A stretch of DNA of 58,403 bases, the filler included, from Sphacelaria rigidula (lineage: Eukaryota): the NCBI GenBank assembly GCA_964200075.2. It is 8 parts of 8 records of this genome, joined end to end, with 100 filler letters (N's around TTAATTAATTAA, not from the genome) between each part and the next. Parts side by side here need not be neighbours in the genome. Positions count along the whole stretch, not along the records: positions 43,880 to 51,091 come from CAXNAA020015941.1; positions 51,192 to 58,403 come from CAXNAA020015942.1; 6 more parts are not named here. The stretch is one strand, 5' to 3'. The notes under the pieces were generated by a model. That model was not told where the DNA came from and searched no databases. It worked only from the letters and a program-made list of their open reading frames with translations. Below, piece after piece: positions 47,743 through 58,403 of this stretch; position 1 is the first letter of the stretch, and each line of letters starts with the position of its first letter. The position numbers and the translations under genes are program-made.

Positions 47743-50700
47743 TTCTGGCCTGGTGCGGTCGGCACAGAACTGTTTTTCCTTACCTCCTCGTCCACCGAAC
47801 GATGATCGTTCGAAGCAGCCCTCGTTGTCGCACGAAACTCCACGATGTTTGCGCCGTTCACGACATATGGTTCATCTTGAGCAGCTCTCCTGGGCACACT
47901 GCCAAGCAAGCATTATCGCCACGCCAGGAAAACAAGCGACACCAGGGTACACAACTCCCGCCTGCTACTAGAAGTCACACTACCAGATAGCCGAGCAAAG
48001 AGGAGCACTCCGCTGTTGTCTCTTCTGATGTTGCCTGAGAATATCGAACGGAATTACAAAGCGGGGGCGAACATGGACACAAATTTCTCAGAAGCGACAT
48101 ACGGTACTTCGAAGAAGAATGAGAAGTACCAGCTGTTCAGATCTCGTGAGGGTCTCCATCTTGATGATAAAATTGGGTAGGCCTCTGCTTTGTTCTACTG
48201 GCAGACCATAAATAAAGCTGCTGATTCCTGTTGTGGAGAGCTTCGTAACTCCCTCGACCACGCAGTCCCTCCCAAATAGCGACACATGAACGTGCAATAG
48301 TGTGGGAGAATGGGTCGATCGGGGAAATACACGATCGTTTCGAAGTCTTCATGAAGATTAAAAGATCCGAAGCCTTCGTCCCAAACTCGTAGTCCGACCT
48401 CCTCCGTGAGTTGCGCTACGCAGAAACCATCATGAAGTCTACATGTATCACAAATGTCTACGCACATGAGAACCCTATGCACTCGATTCAGACCAAATAC
48501 ATATACGAACTGGTATCACTGAGAGGGACGTCCTCGTCATGGGTACCATTTCGCGAATTTCTGACGTTGGTGTGTGACGCCGCTGTACCCTTGCGTGTTG
48601 GTACAACTTGCCGAGGACTTCAGGCCTCAAAAGGCAGTCAGGTTTCTCGGCTACTGACGACTACAACCAGTCGGTTTCCGCACCATCAATTGGCATGCAT
48701 GCAACAAACAATGGCAAAATGCGGTCCCACAAACGAGCAATTACGCTACGAAACAGTGGGGAGAAACTACCGAATTTGACATTTCTATGGATGAGTGAGT
48801 CGAAAAAAACTACCGAAATTACACGGAATCCCACGTTTTGTTTTGCTCAGTATTGAACCATTCGAGATGCGGCAGTTTCAAAACAAATACGGCAAAACGA
48901 TAGCATTTCCGCCTCTCCGTCCGACAAGCGAACGCCAGTTCCTCGCCGGATGTTGGACGTACGCAACAAGCTTAGACTCAGCCAGGAGGGAACACAGGAT
49001 ACATGGATGCAACGCCTACTTCAAAATGTAGGATAGCAAAAAATAAAGTGAACTCAGTGGAAAAGTAGTATCTATCGGTGTCTAACGGCCACGAACTGTC
49101 CGTTCGCCAAAGTATTTCCAAAGTCACGGTGTGGCTTGAGCGGTGAAGCCCATGGTTCATGACACGACTGTGAGTTGGTTGTAGGAGATGGCGGTGGGTC
49201 GCCCCACCCCGTTCTCGAACACAAGAGGGCCTCCTGCGCAGCACTCCTTGTCTGCGGCATTGTTTGGCCCATAGGCGCCCCAAAATTCGTGGTAGCCGAA
49301 ACCCGTGCTCTGCGTAGGCCGTGATCGTCTTGCCTTCGCGTCAGGATTGGATTTAGATCGATTCAAGGGAAGCACGGGCAGAGCCCGTGGCTGTGTTTTG
49401 CCACCCACCCCCTTGGTTGAAGAGCGGGTGGGTCGGTGGGTCGACCCACTTTCATCTATTTTCCTTTATGAAAGCTCAAGTGCCGCCTCCAAACCGGTGC
49501 ATGACAATTACGATACATTCCGGGACTCATAAACGAACGCACGGTCACATTGTCAATGAAATACAGAAACACGACCCTCCAAGAAGCGATGATGAGCTAC
49601 AGTACGTAATTCACTTTATAATCTTCCGTAGCATGCGTCAAGAAATAATGCCCCCATCGTGGATGGCCATCGCTTGACCTGTGCCGAGAGATACACCACA
49701 TGTACCGTCCTTGTGTGTACGATGATAAATCGAAATACTATGCGATCGGGACACCCTACTCTATATGCTCGTGGTACACGCCGGTTCAGGGTGAATGCCC
49801 AAATTTATTCCTCACGTGTACTCAGTACAGGCGACACGAAGAATTTCGTGTGAATTGTCTCACAGATTGTGTGTTTCGTACAGTAGGATATCAAGGAAGG
49901 AGCAAGGTGCAGTACCGACAGCACAGGACTATCCATAATCTCTGCATGAAGGAGGATAATGGATTTTGTTGAACAACATGCAGTTTCGTAGTACCTGCAC
50001 TGTCCCTGAGCGTCCACGCAAGTCGGTCGCCAACCCTACCACGCAATTCGATTGCCGATCCCTACAATGAAGAGGATGCTCAAGTTTTCGCCGGTAATCG
50101 CGTCGTGCTACGATGGGGGGGGGGGTATTTTGGGTCGTTTTCTTCCACGACATTCCACTTCCACTGTCGTTGAAAGCAGCTAACAGTTGTTCGAACGCGC
50201 TTGCTCGCGATAAATAACGCTCCTTCACACTGCTTTACACCGCTTTCACACAAATGCAAGCGCACCGCGAGTGTTTTAGGTCGTTCGACGCATCTATGAG
50301 CACATTTTTTCGTGGAATCGAACACCCCTCTCCCTTTCGTGGCATGACTCAATAGAAACACACCATGCCAAGAGGGTGGTACTGCCAGTTCCCAAATATC
50401 GCGATATTGACCCAGTGTTCAACTCGTGATGTATGCTGCAGGCTTGCGTCGATTGCTGAGAAAATCGTGTGAGGTACGCATGGTTCCGTGAAAGGGTGGT
50501 ATCTCGCGTGATGGTCTTCAAGATAGGAGTCACGTGCCTCCCCGTGCTCTGCCGTCGCATGTTTTCGATCGAAATTGTTACGTGCACTTTTCTGCTCTTC
50601 ACTGTACCCGCTGCACGTTTTCGATCGAAGAAACAAAATGGTCCGAGACAAGGCCTCACAACAAAAAAATAACATTTTGGACTCAGAAAACGTGAGAACG

Positions 50701-51191
50701 AAAGAACAGTTGGATGAGAATGCGAAAGGGTTGTGAAATGGTTGCCACGAGAGGGCTGTTCGGCTCTTCACGGGGTTCATAGCTGGCTTTCGCATCACTA
50801 GTGATGGTAGCCACGCCTGGAAAACACACCCGTCGTGCACAGCTCCCAGAGAGAGACGTGCACGGCTATATCTCCTAGCACTTCGCCGACTGAGCAGGCA
50901 TGGACCCATCGGCGGGTAGGTGGTACGGGCCAGGGATTCCCAGCAGGGCGGCGATCACGCGCATGGTGCGTGGGCATTGTCGCACGGTCGAAACGCAGAC
51001 CGTTTCTTGTACGATGAAGAGCAGCAGCAGCATCAGTGTCGGAACCGACTAATTCTGCCCCACCCCCAGCCGTACACATCTGTTGGTGACANNNNNNNNN
51101 NNNNNNNNNNNNNNNNNNNNNNNNNNNNNNNNNNNTTAATTAATTAANNNNNNNNNNNNNNNNNNNNNNNNNNNNNNNNNNNNNNNNNNNN

Positions 51192-54100
51192 AAAAAAAAA
51201 AGAGTCCCCCCCCCCCCCCCCCCCCTCTGACTCTACTGCCAGCGCGGATCTTGTTGTACAAGCTTCAGTCCAAGACCGTTCCATCGTGCCGGTGGCACCC
51301 ACGACCGGACCCCCAACTGCTGGCACTACTGCCCGCGCTGCCCTGCCGGCACACACTTTGTCAACATCCGCGGCTACTATTCGTGCCCTGGTTGATCATG
51401 ATTTGTTGACAAATATTTTGACTTCTGCTTTGCACAACTAAGGACACCCGTCTTCGGCCCCAGCGGCTGCTTCTTGCGTAAATCTGGAACCAGCCCCTGT
51501 GCCAGACATTAGTATAGCCACAGCACTGCAAGTTCTATGCAATACCTTGCTCCGCTCTCCTTCGGCTTTCGCCGACATGCAAGTAGCCCACAGTGCCCAG
51601 CCCCGCCAAACCGCGCCAACCCCCACCGGACGTCGGCTTTCACCCACACCGCCACGGCCGCCTTCCCCCCGACACAACATAACCAGCTCGATGGATGACC
51701 GCGCGTGACGACAGTTCGAGACATACCTCTCGTTCCTCCCGTATTTCTACTGCCTCAAGGGTTTCTTCACGTCGGCGCTCTCCACGTAATAACGTTGCTG
51801 TGCACGCCCTACGACTGACGCCATCGCAGTCGCCATGTTCGACCCACACGCGATAGCTCTTCCCGCTCTGACGCGGCAGTCATCCGTTCCTTGCGGCGAC
51901 AACTTGCCGATTTACAGCGCACAGTACAAACCCTTGCGAAAAACCCCGTACCCCCGCCCCCCCCCGCGCCCCCCAAACCCACAGCTTTTGCTGCCCCGGC
52001 CCCAGCTCCCGCTACCGCCTTCGTCGCCGACACTGACGCCGATAGTGGAACCCATACTGGTTGCGGAGCCCCTCGTGCACTCGCACCCGCCTTAACCCCC
52101 CTGCATCTACTGTCGCGCCGTCCAACCCTGCGCCTTTGTCGCAGCAGGACCGCCCATAGTTGGGTCCGGAGCACTTTCCCTTCGGGCTGCTCCCGCATAT
52201 TTTCATGGATCATGGCCGCACTGCCGAAGAACAACTCATCCGTGAGTATGCTGACTACGCGCCAGCCATGTCGAATGATCTCGCCAATAGGAAACGCAAC
52301 ACGGATGCAGCGACGTCCACATTTTCCACCGAGGAGTATCATGCTACTCTCCGCGAACTAGAGGAGGAGCGCTCACGCGCCTTTCACGCCGTAGCCGCTC
52401 CTCGCTCCCACCGCACGCCATCCCCACCCCCCCTACTTCGACGGCCCGCCCCGACACCAGTGCCGAACCGCGCCGCTTCTTCATCCACTGCGATGACATC
52501 CCTTGGTTCATCCTTTCTGTGCAGACTCTTGCGGGCAAGTACACCCCTTCGAATCCTTTGCAAAGCTATCGCTACGCTTGGCTAGCGTCGACCGCTTCAA
52601 AGCGCCATAGCTTCCTACTTGGACCATGACGGGGTCTGTCCTTCCGATGGTCCCCTTTCGATCACCATTGGCCAGTTAGTCCGCCACATCGAACAAACCA
52701 CTACCTCCTACGAACTGTCCATTGTGGAGCTCTTCGACGCATTGCGCGCCGCCTCCAAATCCGCCACAGCCCACGTTGATGACGGCTGGACCCCGGTGAC
52801 TTCTCGTCGCCGACGCCACAGACATGATGTTGCCGACCCTGAGCGCAATCGCCGCGGTGATTCTCACAACCACCACGGAGGATCAAGCTCCTCCTCTGGG
52901 CGGATCTCACCACCCCACGTGAGCTATCCCACCACCGGTTTGATCAAAACACACCAGAGTAGCGGCTTGTCGAGCTCTTCTTCCGCCAAGCCCAGGATTC
53001 GGTCTGCCACACACTCAGCTGTGTCGACTTCTGCCAACCTAAGTCGCGCTACACCGCGTTTAGCAGATGTTTCGCGCCAGATTTTTGGCCTTTCGGACGA
53101 CAACTCGGATAAACCGGTATCTTCCACTTCGGCTCGCACTCTGGCTGCCGCTGCCGCCGAGCGAGAGCAAGCCGCTGCTAGTGCAGCAGCAGCCGCCGCT
53201 CGAGCGGAATCCGCCCGCACCGCCGCCATCCAGAGAGAATACATCCAAATGGACGTGAAAAAACTTTGGCATGTGAAACACATGCTTGCAGCAGACAACG
53301 AAGACTGGGGATAATTCACTTATGCTCTCATCACCTCCATACGCCGCACTCTTCGAAACATCCTCCAGCTAGCAGACTCTACGGGTGCTCAACGTTTCGA
53401 AAATTCCAACTGGGTGGATAGTTGGCAGACTCCTCTCCACAAAGCTCTGCACCGCGCCATCAACCGCTGCTGCCCGACACTGCCGCTGCTTTAACACAAG
53501 TCCTTGATGGTTTCATGGCCGCTATGGATGCGGACCGCGCCTCGGGGAAGTCAGGCCCGGGTTTACTCCGTGATCTGGAGCGCCGCTTGACAGGCTACTT
53601 CGATCGCAGCACTCAAGGGAGTACTATACAACGACTTAGTTCTTTCGGTGTCGCAACAGATGTCCCCTTCGTGGACTACCTCCGAGAATTCAAGCTTCTC
53701 GCTTCCAGTACTATGGGAGTAGGTCGCCAGACTGGGTCGTCGGACGCAATGTGTCAATCATACGTGAGGAATGGTGTTTCCGAGCAGTCCCCGACACTAA
53801 TGCCGTCGCTGTTTCCAGGTGCTTTAGCCCACCGTGAAGTGCCTCATCCCTCTGTGGATGCGATGTGAAGTGCGTTTGTTCACCAAGAAAATAATTTGAC
53901 GCCAGCTATTCGCGGCGACAAGTGTGCTTCAGCTCGCTCCCAATCTGCTTCTGCGCCTTCTTCGACCCCTTCAGGGTCCCATCACCGGTCTCACACTTCG
54001 CTTCGTTCCTCGTTGGTGTCCGCCTCCGTGGCCGGCTCCGTTATGAGCGTTGCAAACAAGAGAGATCCGTTCAGCGCCAGTTTTGACGAATGGCCATACT

Positions 54101-57100
54101 CCGCCGAGATTTGGGATTATGCTTACACTGTTTCTACCTCTGCGTTTACTACAGATGATGCACATCTGTGGAACCCCCTCCTCTCGTCTGCTGCCAGACA
54201 CGAGGCCTTCAGCCGCCACGCAAATAGTTGCATTATTTGTAACACCCAAGGGCACAGTATGCGCGGTTGAACTCGCCTCTGAATGAACTCTTTCGACCTC
54301 ATGAACTCTGAGCTGCAGGACAATGAGCCAGCATGGCGCCGATGGCAGAAACGCATGCGTGAATACCGCACACCCAACCGTCATTCTCGCAGCCCTTTCA
54401 ACAACCGCGACAACACTCGCTCGAATCGCGACAGTCGTCCCAACAACTGCGACAACTCTGGCTCCCAGCCAAGAGAGAGTTCTTCTCACCGTCGCCGGAA
54501 TTCCGCCGATAGACACCAGCGCACGGGGCCAAATCACCATCACTCGAACCCCAACACCAGAAACCCTGGTTCCTTTATGACTGATCGTACTGATCCATGA
54601 CATGCCGACGCCGACGTTTTCACGTCTTCGGCGCCGCCGACAGCACACACGAAGACTACTTCAACACCAACCGCGGAACGAGTGACCAAACCTTCTCGCT
54701 CAACCTCCCCGGCACTATGCAGGAGTTCTAATGACGGCCGTTCATATCGACCCCCGTCTTCACCTCTTCGCACACAGCGTAACAGTTGCGTTGACTCACA
54801 ACTTAGCCCTACCCTCGGCTCTGGACTTGGTCCTCCGGAACTGAGCGCATGGCTGAGGTGTGGGAACACCAACCGCCCGTCTCTGAGGCAAAGGCTTCCC
54901 TCAGCGACCGCACGCACAGGCAGTAGTGTACTTCACTCGACTGGTTCAAGTATCGCTGGTCGGAATTCGACCGCTTCGGACCAGGTAACACCCACCCCGG
55001 TCGAACGATTTCATTCTTCGCGTTCATTGCACCATGCGAAGCTACCCCTGAATGGTCTCCACATAAACCATCCTACTATACCTTCGGCTATGACTCTCAG
55101 CCAAGCTTGCCAGCGGACAGTCCACAAGCTTCGCCCGAGCATGCCCCGATGCTGACCCCATCCACTCAACTGGACGCAGTTGGGTTTTCCCCAAACACAT
55201 TGGAAGTTCCCCGCCCTTTGTCACGGCGAGAGAGGAAGCCCCGTGAACATGCCCCCACTGAAGCGCGCGCATCAACACGTACACCTCCGTCGAGTGGAAA
55301 ATCTCGACCTCACTCTCTCCGAAATGCGACGACTTTGAGCTCGATGAATTTATCAAGTGTCCCACAAGAACCCGAATCAGATATTTCGGACATTTTCACC
55401 TCTTCTGCGGACTACACTGAACAAGATGGATCTACTTTAGACGTTGATCCCTGCTTTCCCAACACGGTCATCTATGAAATTGCTAACGACCAGCCGGGCT
55501 GTGCTCACTCTGGGGACTACACATCATCCACCAAACTTTCTTGTGAGGAAGTTGACCCCCCGGCGGATCACCCGCCCTCCGTTTTCGCCGTCAGCACTAC
55601 TGATTCCGATCAATTTACCTTGGCTGAGCACGGTCCGGATGTTGTCGGCGGTAGAGTGTCTGTTGATCCTGCCACTTTTACTACTCGCGTAGCGCTCCAT
55701 TGTGGATCATACGCAACCACGACTACCAAATGCGTCCCTTTGTTAAACAGCGGCAGCCCACAAACATTTATTCTTGAATCAATGTGGGAACATATGAAAC
55801 AGATTGGCGCTGCTTCAGCAGCTTGCGAAAACACCACCGAACCTCGAGTATGGGGCAGTTTTGGTGACTCCACCGCACCTTTGACCACACGAATATCAGT
55901 TCGTCTCAGTGTGCAATTCTTTCACAACACAACTCGTTCTGCTAGCCTTGCAGTCTGGGCATATGTCGCCCCGACAGCACCATGGCCCACGCCTTACTCA
56001 TGGGCCGAGACAGTTACATGCGGTTTGATCAACGCACCTACCGCACAATACTACCATTATCGCCACAGTCTGCGCCTCGTGGAGAACTCAACCTTGGACA
56101 TTCCGGTACTCTTCACGGCGCCTTGGCCTATCAAAAAAACGAACAAGCTACCGGAGCTGCTTACCACCTCCGATACGATGGTAGTGCTGGTGTTACTCTC
56201 TCCGATGATCCTCAACTGCTAGAAGTTGCCTTAGTTCGCCGAAATGGCATGCCTGCCCTTACGGGACATTCCCTCGCTGAAATGCTTCCTCGGGTTGTTG
56301 CGCCTACCGGCACAGAACACTTTGTCTCCGCAGGGAAAAAACGTTTGCCACTCACGGGTCGCGCTAACTTGGAACCCGGAGATGTTTTGGGTATTGCTGC
56401 TGCTCCCCTTATGCACATTCCACTTGAGACATGTGCCACTGAACCCTCTACGCCCAGCTCGGCGCCTCCGACAGACGGCTCTGTCAATCGCGTCGATGAG
56501 CCTTACTTCGACGTAACCTCTTCGTCTCCATCACGTATCCACACCGTGGACCCTGCAACGTCAACGTCCGACCCTCCTGGTGAAGTGCTGCAACGCCTAT
56601 CCCCCGTATCTCAGACAAGTTTCTTGCACATGCGGGATCAACTTCCCTCCCATTTACGTAACATCAACTTTGGCCTACATGGACCCGGTTGAGAACGCGC
56701 TGTAATCAACGAATTGAGCGATGTTTTATAGGAGTACCAAGACCGATTTTCTCGATCCAAACCCAATCTGGGGCATTGCAAAACGCTGCCCTTTGAAATC
56801 ACCCTTCAAGCTGGCGTTTCGCCACTATCTTCTCGGCCTTATCGGACGAATCCCATCCTTACCCAAGAAAGTTAACGCCATTTTAGATGCGTACTTAGGT
56901 GCCGGATTAATCCAACACTCCTCTTCTCCGTGGGCCTTACCGCTAGTGGTGATCCCCAAAAAGGATGGGAACATACGCATCACCGTGAAATATCAACGGC
57001 TAAATCGCGTCACTGTAGTGGGAAAACTTCCCATTCCTCGCATAGATGAAGTCTTAGACTCTCTAGGCGAAGGAAAATTATTCAGTACCTTCGATCTCGC

Positions 57101-58403
57101 TTCTGGATTTTTCCAGAATGCCATCCACCCTTATACAGTCCCACTGACAGCGTTCTGTACATCTTCTGGGCTCTACGAATGGCTCCGTATGCCACAGGGT
57201 GCCGCCACTGCACCAGGTTGTTTGCAACGCTTAATGCAACGCGTTACAGAGAATCTCGAACACGTCATTATGTACTTGGACGACGCTATCGCATTCGATG
57301 CCTCCCCTCTTGCGCATGTGCACACCTTACGAGAGTTTCTTTCTCGACTGCGGAAACATGATTTAAACTGTCTCCATCCAAAGCTCGCCTTGGCGCGACT
57401 GAACTGGATTTTCTGGGACACTCAATTTCACCGGCGAGTCTACCCCCCGAAACCAACAAAGTCCGAGCAATGACTGAACTGCCGATGCCCACGAACATTA
57501 CTCAGCTCCGCTAATTGTTGGGTGGACTGTCCTGCTATCGCAATTTTTTGCCTAACCTGTCCAAACGGATTCGCCCCATTATGGACTTGCTTAAAAAAGG
57601 CGCTGCGTTTGTCTTCACCAAAGATACGGAAGCTATCGTGCGCGACTTGATGAAAACGCTCACCGAAAAAACGGTCCTTTGTTTTCCGGACTGGGATGCC
57701 GTACAAGACGGCTCTCGCCTCTTTCAACTACATACAGACGCGAGTACCGAAGGCCTCGGCGCGGTCCTGAATCAGTCTCAACTCGATTGCTCTATTCGAC
57801 CCATTCTCTGTATCAGTCGCGCCACCCTTCCCAACGAGGCCAACTGGAGTCCACTGGAGCTGGAAGGCGGAGTCACCACTTGGGCCATAAAGCACCTTCA
57901 ACAATATTTGTTCCATGTGCATTTCCAAATCTACACAGATCACGGAGCACTTGAACAACTCGTCAAAGTTGGCGAACATAACCCGCGTGTGCAACGCTGG
58001 TTGGAGTTCCTGACAGCTTATCAGTATACTGTCAAACACCGCCCTGGCAAAACCAACGGGAATGCTGACCTTCTCTCCCGCTTGCCCCTTCCTCCAACGG
58101 CTGTGGATTTCAGCCCCGCTTGTCGACTAACTGAACCCGATGAACCCGGCGTGTATCCTATCCGGCGTTTCTCGACGCCCATTTACGCCCTTGACCTTCA
58201 TTGCCCAGAGACGGGTATGCACATGGGCGGCCCCCGACCCCTACCGTATGATGCAGTCTTGAATGGGCTACAACCCACCGACGCCGATTTCGCCGATTTC
58301 CGTACTATCGGTCCTCGCGCAAATATTGCAGTTTCGCCACCTCCAGTTAACAGCCGATTTTATATTTTGGGGTTCATACAAAATATGGGGCTGAAGTGGC
58401 ATA
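51192..58403 (+). mobile_element. Decayed Ty3/Gypsy LTR retrotransposon internal region (long gag-like region, PR, RT, RNaseH)
   Basis: CCHC remnant CIICNTQGHSMRG* (54229-54270); protease-like LLNSGSPQTFI (~55740); RT SPWALPLVVIPKKDG...FDLASGFFQ...MPQG...YLDD (56920-57283); RNaseH LHTDASTEGLGAVL...TDH...NADLLSRLP (57728-58090); many frameshifts and stops. Confidence 0.93.

Noticed and set aside
44824-58403. Functional linkage between the EsV-1-7 gene and the neighbouring Gypsy element, or an integrated giant virus
   Set aside because: They lie on different contigs joined artificially, and I recognised no NCLDV core genes.

Overview
Eukaryotic, repeat-rich DNA, most likely a brown alga (Phaeophyceae, Ectocarpus-like). 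The basis for this is an EsV-1-7 repeat protein, a spliced plastid-type KAS gene, TTAGGG-type repeats and the retroelement types present. The window is not one locus. It is eight contigs (7214, 7213 x5, 7212 x2 bp) sorted by length and joined by identical 100-bp N/TTAATTAATTAA linkers, so nothing can be inferred from adjacency across gaps. Recognisable host genes are a single-exon 972-aa EsV-1-7 cysteine-repeat protein (about 20 x 38-aa C-C-C-H repeats) and two exons of a beta-ketoacyl-ACP synthase (FabF/KAS-type). Most of the remainder is nested transposable elements: two decayed Ty3/Gypsy elements, a Ty1/Copia RT-RNaseH fragment split by a hAT element, LINE fragments, tRNA-derived SINEs, a 2.8-kb Mutator/foldback-like element built from palindrome-bearing tandem repeats, a 98-bp piggyBac MITE and GAG-ended MITEs. 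The most striking signals are (1) a very abundant ~210-bp TGT...ACA MITE with 5-bp TSDs that carries telomeric (CCCTAA)n repeats, (2) the EsV-1-7 array, whose variation is concentrated at a few positions and which has a 4-repeat higher-order duplication, and (3) a near-perfect 409-bp hairpin with no TSD.
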